Source: Octopus bimaculoides (lineage: Eukaryota). From it: a stretch of 39,421 nucleotides of DNA. The notes beneath the pieces are model-generated. The model saw nothing but the letters and a program-made list of their open reading frames with translations. It had not been told where the DNA came from and did not search any database. Below, one piece after another: positions 1 through 11,974 of this stretch. Position 1 is the stretch's first letter. Each line of letters starts with the position of its first letter. The position numbers were made by a program, and so were the translations under genes. The DNA is taken from positions 18,693,792 through 18,733,212 of the forward strand of contig NC_068981.1 in assembly GCF_001194135.2 (NCBI RefSeq), in the 5' to 3' direction.

Positions 1-351
1 TATATATATATATAAATGCTTCACCTTTAAACTTCTCGGCATCATGATCTGAAGAGTAAGCATTTTTTTCTGCCCTGATGATACTGGCTCGATACATCCA
101 ATGTTATATTTGATTCCATTATTGGCTGCTTATTTTGGTGAACTACATCTACCAGCATTTTGATAGATCTCTGAGCACCCAGAAACAGCTGTTGGACTTA
201 TAACACCTTACTTCCTCCCCTTTAATTCTCTCTGTCGTTCGTGGTCTGTGTAAATTTGGTACAATAATATATGAATATCTATATATTTATTCTTAAATAT
301 ACATCGTCTTAAAATCTTCAGTCTTTGCTCTCTTTCTGTTTTTATGTATAC

Positions 352-447
352 ATCCATCCACCCATCCACCTATCCAACCATCCATCCATCCATTCATCCA
401 TCCATCCATCCATCCATCTATCCATACATACATACATACATACATAT
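352..447. repeat. Compound (CCAT)n/(TACA)n microsatellite
   Basis: Tandem tetranucleotide units read directly. Confidence 0.95.
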
Positions 448-2522
448 ACACGCGCGTACGTGAGCGCGCGCACACAGACAGAGACACTCACACACACGCA
501 CACACATCTAAATTAACGAAAACGGCTATACGCAATATAAAACGAAAAAGGAACGTTATAAAATAACGAAGCCAAACCATCCAGGGATGGCCTAGTCACG
601 ACTGATGTGTTTGTAATTTTCAAACGAGATCTCGCACGTTGTAGGGCGATTCTCTGCCCTGTCAGTGTATGAAAATGTGCTTCCTTGTGTGGATTGAGGG
701 CTTTTTAAAACTCTTATTTCGNNNNNNNNNNNNNNNNNNNNNNNNNNNNNNNNNNNNNNNNNNNNNNNNNNNNNNNNNNNNNNNNNNNNNNNNNNNNNNN
801 NNNNNNNNNNNNNNNNNNNNNNNNNNNNNNNNNNNNNNNNNNNNNNNNNNNNNNNNNNNNNNNNNNNNNNNNNNNNNNNNNNNNNNNNNNNNNNNNNNNN
901 NNNNNNNNNNNNNNNNNNNNNNNNNNNNNNNNNNNNNNNNNNNNNNNNNNNNNNNNNNNNNNNNNNNNNNNNNNNNNNNNNNNNNNNNNNNNNNNNNNNN
1001 NNNNNNNNNNNNNNNNNNNNNNNNNNNNNNNNNNNNNNNNNNNNNNNNNNNNNNNNNNNNNNNNNNNNNNNNNNNNNNNNNNNNNNNNNACAGAGTTGCC
1101 CACCGCCATTGGTGCGCGTGCATATGGTTCTGCTAATTACAGCTTAAATCCGAAACTAGTTCCTGTTTAATAATGCTTGTTTAGGTGATTTTAAATGTCT
1201 TGCCCGCTCACGTTTTTGGTATGCTGCTATATTTCATGTTGAGAACAATTTAGGTTTTAATAGACACAAGATGTGATCTATTTCTAGCGCATTAATTGTC
1301 CACGTTAGTGGTCGACGTTATTTTTTAAAATGTACCTTAATCCCCTGAGATTGCAGATAATATTTCTGAATCTCTTTGATTCTTTAGATGTGCTGGCCTA
1401 CTGATAATTAATCGATATTAATTAATATATGACTAATTACCAGATTTTATAATTATATATATGTATATATATATATGGATATATGGGTATAGGACATAAA
1501 GAATAACATTAAATACAATGCGAAAGGAAAACATAGAAAACGAACTTCTTTTCGAACAAGTAAAAGACAAACAGAGAAACGAGACATGAAACATAAAGAA
1601 TATTCCCCTTCATCAGTTGTCCCTGTTTCATCTACTCCGGGTTTCGAAGGCAAGGACAATGCGCGAATTCGTTGAAACAGCCCTTTCCGCAAAGCAAACT
1701 AAATAAAATTTGAGATTTTTTTGCGGAGGGTGAAAGTGGTAACAAGAACAGGACAGTGAGAACTAGACAGTAAAAACAAACGATGAGGGCTGTTGATCTA
1801 AGACGATAGAAAAATTATGAACGCTAGGAGGACGAGTTATGAGAGTAGACAGGTAAAAGCGCGCCTTATATATATATATATATATATCAAACCCAAGCTG
1901 TAATATTTAATTTGTTTATCAGCATAACTACCTCCATATCTGCTCACCTGAATCCCTCTTATAGCCACCCTTTACCCCTTTACCCCACGAAGTTGGTTCG
2001 TCGTAAAAACATCAGGGTATAAATTCGAATCATCTGAGTGTTACTAAGGGTTTTCTATACGTGTGTATGTGTGTATGTATACACGTACGTGTGTGTTAAT
2101 AACAAACGGATAGGAGTTACGTAATAACCTTCATGAACACACAGCTATTTATGCAATAAGGCATCTTGTAGTCAGGGTCATGTGCTAGTACAACATCTTA
2201 AAGTTTCATGCGAGCCGATTCCTCATCGCCGAAACAGCTGTAAGGTAATGAAGGTGAATATATAATTCCCGTTCTTTGCCGTTCATTTATCAGTATTACG
2301 CTCTGGTTCATATCAGAGAGCGAGGCGGTGGATGTGAGCTGACACCTCCGCGCCGCTGGAGCTTCGTAATACTGTGCACCATGAATATAAGTACGCTGAA
2401 TCCTAACAACAGATATCGGCACGGCTTTGGCAAAACAGAATTAAATACACACACGCAGTCACACACACACACACATGCGCGTGTATGTATGTATATATAG
2501 ATATGCATATATATATGCGTGC

Positions 2523-2564
<42 letters not shown>

Positions 2565-2793
2565 GCACATATATTGATTATACACACACTCACATCATTT
2601 AATTTAAAATATTTATTTATCAATCAATTGTTGTATGAATAACATAGATATAAGGTATACAACAAATTATGTTTTTAATTTCGTTCTGTAGGTCGTAGCA
2701 GAATAATATTATAGATAAGGATGTTTTCTCTCGTTATATTAAAGTTCCAACGTGTTTTATTTTAAAAAGATAAAGATGCAAATGAAAGAGAGA

Positions 2794-2810
2794 AAGAAGA
2801 AGAAGAAGAA

Positions 2811-2857
<47 letters not shown>

Positions 2858-2891
2858 AGAAGAAGAAGAAGAAGAAGAAGAAGAAGAAGAA

Positions 2892-2921
<30 letters not shown>
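2794..2921. repeat. (GAA)n followed by (GAT)n microsatellite
   Basis: Direct; explains the poly-K/poly-M ORF 2752..2946. Confidence 0.95.
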
Positions 2922-2922
<1 letters not shown>

Positions 2923-3328
2923 TTGATGTTAGAGATTGCTTTTTAAATAAAGCGAGAACATCGTGAGAAAGAAAAATAACAGAGTTGAGTTAGAANNNNN
3001 NNNNNNNNNNNNNNNNNNNNNNNNNNNNNNNNNNNNNNNNNNNNNNNNNNNNNNNNNNNNNNNNNNNNNNNNNNNNNNNNNNNNNNNNNNNNNNNNNNNN
3101 NNNNNNNNNNNNNNNNNNNNNNNNNNNNNNNNNNNNNNNNNNNNNNNNNNNNNNNNNNNNNNNNNNNNNNNNNNNNNNNNNNNNNNNNNNNNNNNNNNNN
3201 NNNNNNNNNNNNNNNNNNNNNNNNNNNNNNNNNNNNNNNNNNNNNNNNNNNNNNNNNNNNNNNNNNNNNNNNNNNNNNNNNNNNNNNNNNNNNNNNNNNN
3301 NNNNNNNNNNNNNNNNNNNNNNNNNNNN

Positions 3329-3381
<53 letters not shown>
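3329..3381. repeat. (GA)n microsatellite at a gap edge
   Basis: Direct. Confidence 0.95.
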
Positions 3382-3388
<7 letters not shown>

Positions 3389-4093
3389 AGTTCAGAAAAT
3401 ACATTTATGTATCAATCTACACTGGCACCCTAGTTTAAAACTAAACATCTAGCGTGTAGTGAGACCTAGAATCGGAACCTCGCATTTTCAGTTACCAGCT
3501 AAAACAACATTAAGGTCGGATGACGTGCCTTTATAATCGACTACTCAGCCAAGAGAAACATCATACCAAACAGCAGTTTTTCATAACATTAAAGCGAGGG
3601 CCCACCAAGTTAAACCGCAGAGGTTGAAATAGCTACCGGAAAATATATATCCTCAACTCTCGCGAAAATCAAGCCAGAGAGGAGATCAGTATAACAGAAG
3701 CAACTAGTCCTTACAACGTCAAGTTTTCCTTTGCTGAATTTCAGCCCGGAGTATAAAGGACTTCTTGAATAATGACGAACTAACTTTGTTTCTGCCTCTC
3801 AGGCAACGCTAATCTTTTCTGTCCATCATTTAAGTACAGCCAAGTTCAATTTTTGTTGCCTATATACACTACTGGCAACTATCAGAAAATCTTTCAACTG
3901 TAATGTAAATATTGTAATTACCTAAATAACAAATAAATTTATCTCAGCTATGAGCTCGTTTGGTTTTTAACATCAACTCAATGTCTCATACACTAAACCT
4001 AAAAACGTAAATACTTTCTCGCTAATACGGCTTTGCGATTGTATGCATACACGTTGGCATTTACACTAATTACAATATATTGTATGTTTGTGA

Positions 4094-4212
4094 GGCGGCG
4101 AGCTGGCAGAAACGTTAGCAAGCCGGGCGAAATGCTCAACGGTATTTACGTACTGAGTTCAAATTCCGCCGAGGTCAACTTTGCCTTTCTTCCTTTCGAG
4201 GTCGATAAATTA
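4094..4212 (+). mobile_element. tRNA-derived SINE head (family GGCGGCGAGCTGGCAGAAACGTTAG..., Octopus OK/OR type), 3' truncated
   Basis: A-box-like GAGCTGGCAGAAACG and B-box GAGTTCAAATTCC. An opposite-strand copy lies at 13650-13842 and a decayed copy near 20835-20945. Confidence 0.8.
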
Positions 4213-4244
4213 ATAATAATAATAATAATAATAACAACAACAAC

Positions 4245-4419
4245 ATCGAAAAATACCTTAGGAATGAGAACCCATGTTCGAAATTTCCCCAAGACACCTG
4301 ATGAAGGCTGGAGAGTATATCAGCCGAAACGTTGAGTTAACAACAAACAAGATGAGGACAAATATCCGTCAAATGTAAATAATGTACATAATTCCTCATC
4401 TCTTAAATATAGAACTGTA
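4245..4419 (+). mobile_element. Short non-coding element carrying a hammerhead motif (Penelope pLTR/retrozyme-like), next to an (AAT)n(AAC)n tract
   Basis: Starts ATCGAAAAATACC right after the trinucleotide tract. Contains CTGATGA...GAAAC and an internal inverted pair GATGAGGA (4351-4358) / TCCTCATC (4393-4400). Confidence 0.6.
4293..4338 (+). ncRNA. Minimal type I hammerhead ribozyme motif
   Basis: GACAC-CUGAUGA-A-GGCUG(loop)CAGCC-GAAA-CG-UU/GAGUU. Canonical core, 5-bp stem II, palindromic ACGU stem III, stem I 4 of 5 pairs. Confidence 0.7.
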
Positions 4420-4934
4420 GAGTCAAAACTATTGAAAAGATTGCAAGACGCAACAAAAATTTTAGAAAAATAAAAAAGAATCAAGTAGAAATTTTACCGG
4501 TGAGTGTGTTAAATTATAAGGCACTAAAAGAGAATGATTCTCCCCAGACACAGCAGTATATANNNNNNNNNNNNNNNNNNNNNNNNNNNNNNNNNNNNNN
4601 NNNNNNNNNNNNNNNNNNNNNNNNNNNNNNNNNNNNNNNNNNNNNTATATATATATATACACACACACACATACACATACGTACGTACCTATGTACGCGC
4701 GCGTGTGTGCGTGGATGATTATTGTTGTATGTTAGTGTCTAAATGAAATTTGTTTTGCTTACGTTTTCTGTAAATAGTTGTTCAACAAATAAATATCGAT
4801 CAGACTTAACAATAAGTATTGCGTTCGATATGATTGACTAAAACCCTTCAAGTCTTTGCACCAGTATGACTCTGCAATTCTATAACTGGAACAAAGAAAA
4901 TTGAAAAAGAGATTTAAATCATTTTTATTTGTTC

Positions 4935-5310
4935 TTTTGTCGCAGTGAAGTTCCTCTGTGCTCCATTGACCTGGAGAGCTATACTAGACGGAGAGAAGTC
5001 TTCAAGCAGGTCTTACCAGGCCAGACAGGTCGTAGGGAAGAAGACAGACAAAACCTTAACGACAATAAATCGAAGCATTGGCAACAGGGCGTGGATTTCG
5101 TTATCAGCAGGACCTAACAGAGCAGATTCCTGGCTTTGAACTAGCAGGATATCATGCAGAGGATCTTGAATACAAGAAAATGGATGAGACCCTAATATTC
5201 CTAGTTAGATGGAAACTGCGGGACCACATGTAGCAGCGAAACCCCTATGCGCAACCGAAACCCCTATGAATAGGGGCGTCCTATGGGATGACCTAGATGA
5301 AGATGAGATT
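4935..5310 (+). mobile_element. Possible decayed 3' end of an RTE-type LINE
   Basis: Broken peptides (DLESYTR, ELAGYH, LVRWK) loosely recall the RTE C-terminus (LDGxYTR, LAGHC, VLWEP), and it ends in a GATGAAGATGAG-like tail. Weak. Confidence 0.3.
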
Positions 5311-5651
5311 ATTTTTTCTCCCTCCTCAACATATTCATTTTTAAAATACTATCACCTTTTAAGCAATATTTCCTTTTAAATATCCATTTACTACCCGTGT
5401 AACACATTCTCTTAACCTCCCTCCATCTCTCCCTTCTTCAGTCGTTTTCTCTTTCACCTATTTTCTTTAATGGCAATCTAGATTTTACTTTAACAATTTA
5501 CAGAACATATTATAGTTTCTTACGTTAAAAAATATATATTGTTAATTCTCGTAAATCCACACCTTTCCGTACCACAACGATTTATCTCTTCTTTTCTCCT
5601 CACTACTTTTTCTCTCCATTATACCTAATAGGTTTTACAACCTTAAACGCA

Positions 5652-5773
5652 TTCTTCTTCTTCTTCTTCTTCTTCTTCTTCTTCTTCTTCTTCTTCTTCT
5701 TCTTCTTCTTCTCCTCCTCCTCCTCCTCCTCCTCCTCCTCCTCCTTCTTCTTCTTCTTCTTCTTCTTCTTCTT
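5652..5773. repeat. (CTT)n/(CCT)n microsatellite at a gap edge
   Basis: Direct. Confidence 0.95.
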
Positions 5774-6355
5774 NNNNNNNNNNNNNNNNNNNNNNNNNNN
5801 NNNNNNNNNNNNNNNNNNNNNNNNNNNNNNNNNNNNNNNNNNNNNNNNNNNNNNNNNNNNNNNNNNNNNNNNNNNNNNNNNNNNNNNNNNNNNNNNNNNN
5901 NNNNNNNNNNNNNNNNNNNNNNNNNNNNNNNNNNNNNNNNNNNNNNNNNNNNNNNNNNNNNNNNNNNNNNNNNNNNNNNNNNNNNNNNNNNNNNNNNNNN
6001 NNNNNNNNNNNNNNNNNNNNNNNNNNNNNNNNNNNNNNNNNNNNNNNNNNNNNNNNNNNNNNNNNNNNNNNNNNNNNNNNNNNNNNNNNNNNNNNNNNNN
6101 NNNNNNNNNNNNNNNNNNNNNNNNNNNNNNNNNNNNNNNNNNNNNNNNNNNNNNNNNNNNNNNNNNNNNNNNNNNNNNNNNNNNNNNNNNNNNNNNNNNN
6201 NNNNNNNNNNNNNNNNNNNNNNNNNNNNNNNNNNNNNNNNNNNNNNNNNNNNNNNNNNNNNNNNNNNNNNNNNNNNNNNNNNNNNNNNNNNNNNNNNNNN
6301 NNNNNNNNNNNNNNNNNNNNNNNNNNNNNNNNNNNNNNNNNNNNNNNNNNNNNNG

Positions 6356-6385
6356 ATAGGGTTAGGGTTAGGGTTAGGGTTAGGG
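6356..6385 (+). repeat. Interstitial telomeric repeat: ATAGGG + (TTAGGG)4, running into a gap
   Basis: Direct; TTAGGG is the usual metazoan/molluscan telomere unit. Confidence 0.85.
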
Positions 6386-6599
6386 TAAAACAGCAAATTT
6401 AAAAAGAAAAAAGCAAATAAAACGAAGAAAAAAAAAGAAAATGAAAAAAGCAAATTTAAAATGAAAAAAGCAAATAAAACGAAGCTATGGCTTAATCAGC
6501 CAAAGGAGTAAATGTAAACAACTGAATACTTGTCAGTGATTGGTTGAAATTATCGAAATAAGACAATTTTTTACATGAAATAAATTCGAATACAAAAAT

Positions 6600-7740
6600 A
6601 TTTTTCTGTTCTATAACACAAAATAGATAAGTATACGAAGTTTGAAAGTCTTTCGGTACCAAAAACACTACGTAAAACATTAATGAAAAATGTGGCCCCC
6701 GTTTTAAAAAAGATCCGCAAATTGGATACCTATTTTATATTTGAACAGAATCTATTGACGATAGAGACACGTCTATTTCAAGAGAAAGCTGTGAACCAGG
6801 TGTCAAAACAGATAACGAGACCACTGCGCCGTCGTCATTCAGTTTCTTAATTGAATCAAGTCATATTGCTTTGCTTATAACAATTGTGTCGCAGTTTCAG
6901 TCAAACTTTTTATATATTTTGAATAATTACAATTAAACCAATGAAATTATCAAGTTTCCTTTAATTTCTAAACACAGAGAACCACAGTAGTAGTCGCAGT
7001 TTATCAGAGTCCAGCATTTTCTTTTTTTCTTTAAAAATATGACCCAGGAACAACAATTCAGTCACATTGAAGTTATATTTGAAAAAAAAAAAAGGTTGGA
7101 TATTTTCACCATAGATCCTTTTATATTCTTCATATATCACTACACCGTCAAGGTAAAGAACTAATCTTTAAATCCATAATTTCTTTGATCATTCTGCTAA
7201 AAATCGTTACGCCTTTTTGTAACTCCGAAAGGTCGTCGCGTGAACTGGTATAATTCATTCTTTGGTTGAAAGGCCGTCAAAGCTGCGCTCTGAGAGGCAG
7301 GGTATTCATAATATACGGAACAAAAGTCAACAATACTGAAATGATAATTTCTGTTAATTTGGCTTAAAACATCCCTAATGAATTGGAAGGGAAATGAATC
7401 TAGTTACGTGCATCTATTAATAGTAGCGTACTACTAAACGCCTTCCCCCCCACTCTTGTTGACTACAACAAATTGACAACCTCATAATGACTTAGAAGGT
7501 ATAATTATTCTCTCAGTTAGAAGTTTATTAATCTCAGCTTTAATGAATCGGTAGTCTTCAAAAGAGCGATATTGAGTGAAGCTAAGTATGGGTTTTGCTT
7601 CCACAAGAATGCCCAAGTTTGAATTAGTGAATATTCGATGTTTTGAAAGTTTGTGAAATATGCTATCAAATTTCAGATTAACACGTGCAGCAGACACAGT
7701 TAAAAGCGGGAGATTACCTTTTAACTTCATCTGAAGTTAA
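6600..7740 (-). mobile_element. Gypsy/Ty3 LTR retrotransposon pol remnant (RT and RNase H), frameshifted
   Basis: Minus-strand fragments in pol order: FIKAEINKLLTERIIIPSKS; SIVDFCSVY; TAFQ..ELYQFTRRPFGVT; YLDGVVIY; SDKLRLLL; LSLEIDVS (ETDAS-like). Confidence 0.8.
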
Positions 7741-7879
7741 AGGTAACCTATTCTATTAATAAATAACAATATATTCTTCTGTACGTAGCTAATATATCCA
7801 TTGCATAATAAGATTATGTAATCCTATTTCCGTTTAACCTGAAATTTTTTTACTAGTTTCTCTTCTTCCACCCCCTTCC

Positions 7880-8407
7880 TTCTGATGTCTGTTACGTCAT
7901 TCTCTGTTTTATATTTGTTGGTTTCCTTGAAGGCTGAAATAGTTTTTATTTGTTCATGTTTTGCAACCATTTGTATTAGTTTTCTCGATATTCTTTCTTT
8001 CTTTATTTTTTGTATTAATGCAATAGAGATCTTCTAGTTGTAGAAGACTCATACATTTCCGTATTCATCATAAATGATATTTCTGTGTCAGCTTTTGAGT
8101 AACGTATTCAATTTGCAATCATTAGTTTTCTTGTTTTTCGATCTAGTCCTGCTAATTCACTTAGTTTACACTTGAGAATATTATAACTATAACTTGTTAT
8201 TAGAACAACTTGGGTATTGAAAGCTATTACCATATTTTCAGTCTTCGTTCAGGTTTAAGTATTAATCTAATATGTCTATAAGATTTTTCATCATATTTTC
8301 TTTTATTACTGCGTTGTAATTTTTTTTTATCCTGTCCCATTAATTACTAAATAGTACTCGCAAGTCTGTGTCGGTCTAATTTGTTTATTTCTATTTTCTT
8401 CTTCTTC

Positions 8408-8497
<90 letters not shown>

Positions 8498-9400
8498 TTT
8501 CTTTGTTTTTGATATGTATGACACGATATTAGCCGGTTTATATACAAGTTCAATTTAGCATTTTTCTTGCCCGAATTTTATATAAATTTATCTGGTAAAT
8601 CCATGTATTGGCTATAGCAGTGTTTCTAGTTATTTATCTACTACTGATATCTACTACTTGAGATCCTCAAAATACAAAAGATATTTGATTATCTTCTCAC
8701 AGAATTTGAATAAGATTACTGTTGGTTTGGCATGTTGCTTACATGCGTTAGCACAAAGCAGATATGAAAAGGAGCGAACACAAGAAGTCTTTCTGGAAAA
8801 TTACCCTGCTTATAACGATCTTACATACTGTACAAGTTTGTTATTAGGTCTACATTACTATTGGCAAAACTTTCCAGAATCCGTGAGTGCGTTTACTTGT
8901 CAAAACCCCTATGTAATCAGTAAGACTCTTCTATCTCCTCACAGAGTCTATAGTTACGATTTTGTTGATCAGTAAGCGATGCAAAAGAGTTTTTAGAAAA
9001 TTCCAGTTGGTCTCTCAAGGAGTATGGTACTTTTTCAAGTGGGAATTTGTCCTTTTTCAAAATACTGATGCTAAAGTTTTATATACTCTAAGTAAATAGG
9101 GTAAATATTTGTATACTTTTAGATATTGATGCTTCTTCACTTATATATATAAAACTTTGATATTTTGTTTATTCCTGTTGTCTACAGAGATACTGTTTCT
9201 GATTCTTTTAATAAATCGATGAATATTTCTTGCCAGGAATTCAGCATGTTATTTTCAAATGCTTTCCAGTTGTTTATAAACAACTTATGGAATCATTTCC
9301 TATTACGATTGTTCTGGAGTTGCGCATACTGATTTAACATTCTCATTTGAAGTGTTATAATCTCTGTTTATGCTCCTCTCGGAAAATTCGTTTAATTCTT
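7880..9400 (-). mobile_element. R4/Dong-clade non-LTR retrotransposon, heavily decayed RT region
   Basis: Fragments in order: NNWKA..., LLKESE..TTGI, YLLRVYKTLASV, RGFDK.THSRIL, VIFQKDFLCSLLF (GIFQGDSLSPLLF-like), YLLYFEDLK, KFGQEKC, LAGLDRKTRKLM. Confidence 0.8.
8410..8497. repeat. (TAT)n microsatellite inside the R4/Dong RT region
   Basis: Direct; lies between the FGQEKC motif and the following RT segment. Confidence 0.95.
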
Positions 9401-11714
9401 TTCCTCATGGCAAAGCATTAATTTGCATTCTGACTTAACTCAAGGTCTTGATAAATCATTTATGATTGGAGATATGTTGTTTTTGTGGTTCAAAAGAGTG
9501 TTACAATTTTTACAATTCTTAGTTCATTTAGTAAAGATCTCTTGCTTTAGGAGCTGTTTCATTTTAAGTTACATTAGAAAACAAATAACATATCTGTTGT
9601 ATTTATGTAATCTTTCTTCTTTTCGTTCGTATGTTTTCGGTGTTGATATCAAAAAGAGATAAGATACTTTTTAAAAAATTTGGTGTCTTATAATCATCTT
9701 TGCTGGTTTTCTAGATTTTTGTTTTGTTTCAAAATATTCTATCCAATAATCCCTGAAAAGAAAACCACGTATTTTTGTGACTATTTCAGCTTCCACACGA
9801 ATTAGTTGTTCTTGTTTATCAATAAGTCAACGTAAAAGCGATCGAGCTGCGACCCCTCCGTCTGTTTAGGACTACATAGAACTACATTTAGCGAAGGGTG
9901 TGATATTTCCTTGAGTATGGGCCAAAGTTAAAAGCAAATTGGTCAGAGTTGGATACATAAGAATTTCCTGTTTGTTTCCGACTTTGGTAAAAAGGAAGTG
10001 GATATGTATTCTGCATTATATCAATTCGGTTTCCATTCATGGTCAAAATTTGGGTTACTGTGCTTAAAACTTTTTCCGTTAGAGAAAATGTTGGGAAAGC
10101 AATAGAAGTTATCTTGGCTTCGTTCCACAATAAATAAAATATCATACTATATTGTATCACATTTTTTCATAAACCTTGACTTTCAGAAAAATCATTTTTG
10201 TTTCTTCGTTATTTTGTAACTCAATGTTAGTGTCTTGCTATTCAACTTTTTATTCTATTTTACACACACACTCGGTTCCAGTTCAGGCGCCTTGAGGTGT
10301 ACCTTGGTTAAAAGCTAGCATCCACCATTTCTAATGAAAGTGATCGTGTACTATCGAAAGTAAACACGTACTATCGAATACTGAAGAATTGTGGCATTTG
10401 AGCTGAATAGATTTAATGCTCAGCAGTTGTTTCTTGTTACAGCAAGTCAATAAAAAAGTACAACGATTTTTCCCTGCAGAATTTATACAGATGAGAAGGA
10501 TACACAGAAGATAAATTCAATGTACTTTTCAATACGTGTTTTTTGTGGCTTGTCTTTTCCAGCGAATAGATTTTTTTTCTTCATAAATAATTATTTTTAG
10601 TATTTTAGCAACACATTTTAAGAATATGTACTTTTACATATCATCTCTTTTTTATGAATTCAGAAATATATGCTTCGTAAAATTACAAATACAAATTAAT
10701 TATATAGTCTTTCAGATAAAAGTTTTAGATGTAATCATATTATTTATTGTGGTGTATAATTTCAATTAGACTTGATATGTAGAATTGATGTGAGAAATTT
10801 GTCTTTAAGATACGATTTTGTTTTAATGTTATTTATATTTTTATAGTTTTAAATTTTACATATTTCTTGCTATCAATGAGCAAAGGGGAAAATGGTGAAA
10901 ATGATTCAAGTTGACAACCAATTCAACAAAATATAAATAAACAATAAACAACATAAAAAAATTGTAGGACAAGTTCGCCACTGTAACAACGTATTTACAA
11001 TAAGAATTTATTGCTCTGTTGTTACATCAATGACAACCTATAAATCTCTTCTGTGAAAATATCTAGCAGCACCTTACAGAAAACAGCACTTATAGGAAAA
11101 GCACCCGGAAAAGATACTAACAATATATTTTAGTATATCATATAATATACATAATATATCATAATGTATTACAGTGACAAAAGATAGCGGGGACATTTGA
11201 AAGCTGCCTGCCTAAGATGTATTTAAAAACTGGGGCCAAAACTTGTGTATTATCTCAACGTATTTATAAAACAACAGGTTCAATATTCAAACTTGGAAAT
11301 ACACACCGAGACACATTAATAATACTCAGCACAGGACCTAAAGTAGTCACGAGCATTTTAAAATCGAGTCTTCTTTGTAATAAATCTGACCGGATTGACG
11401 AAATGGAAAGGTTGCGCATAGAAATTCAAAAGACTGATTTTGGTTACGTCGCAGTGAATCAACTGGACGAGGCAATGTGGCTTTACTGAAGGTTCACATG
11501 CATTTTGTTAAAAAAAAAAAAAATGAAAACTTGATCGTTTAAACACATAGATATGGTCAAACAATGTTTGAAATACAAAAATCTTACCCTAAAAATAATA
11601 TCTCTCTTAATGTGATGGTGTCCACAACAGAGGACAATACTACCTATGACAGATTGCCAAATTGGTTTGGTTTTATATATGAAAGTGGAATTGCCTTAAT
11701 CTATTGGCAATAGA

Positions 11715-11785
11715 TTAATTCATTGTCAACAGCTTGTCGATTATGGATTTAATGAGCAGCTCCCTTTCCTTGTCTTCAAGTAAAT
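11715..11785 (-). CDS. Candidate terminal exon (D)LLEDKERELLIKSIIDKLLTMN*
   Basis: Protein-like helical peptide ending in TAA, on the same strand as the other exons. The acceptor is non-ideal (TAAG, 4 nt after a CAG). Confidence 0.3.
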
Positions 11786-11974
11786 CTTACTGAATACAAA
11801 AATCCCAACCCGAGCCTTAAATGCTATGGCATGCTGCCAGTCATGTGAGCAGAATAACGAAACTTCGGAAAGAACACTTTTCTATACTGAAGTTTGTTGG
11901 CTACTAAAGCGATCTACTTTGAATAGCTACATTTTGCTTTATGATACTGATAGTGGATTTTTACTTATAAGTTA

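Noticed and set aside
74-176. C/D-box snoRNA-like layout (TGATGA ... CTGA)
   Set aside because: Only about 3 bp of terminal stem, no clear C'/D' boxes and no recognisable guide sequence.
662-1136. Long ORFs spanning N runs (also 2943-3433, 5635-6453, 14162-15432, 21846-22679, 25058-25755)
   Set aside because: Open only because gaps translate as X; the flanks are microsatellites or transposon sequence.
1605-1680. Hammerhead half-motifs on the minus strand (GAAACCCGGAGUA followed by CUGAUGAAGGGG)
   Set aside because: No arrangement gives stems I and II in register, and the CUGAUGA has no downstream GAAA. It may be a rearranged relative, so a copy-number search would still be useful.
9840-9900. 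Possible HDV-like ribozyme near the R4/Dong 5' region (GACCC...GCGAAGGG)
   Set aside because: P1 and P3 cannot be formed, and the motif is on the strand opposite the LINE.
11217-11489. 90-aa plus-strand ORF
   Set aside because: Starts at TTG, no recognisable motif or splice sites; the resemblance to a helicase YVA motif is too weak.
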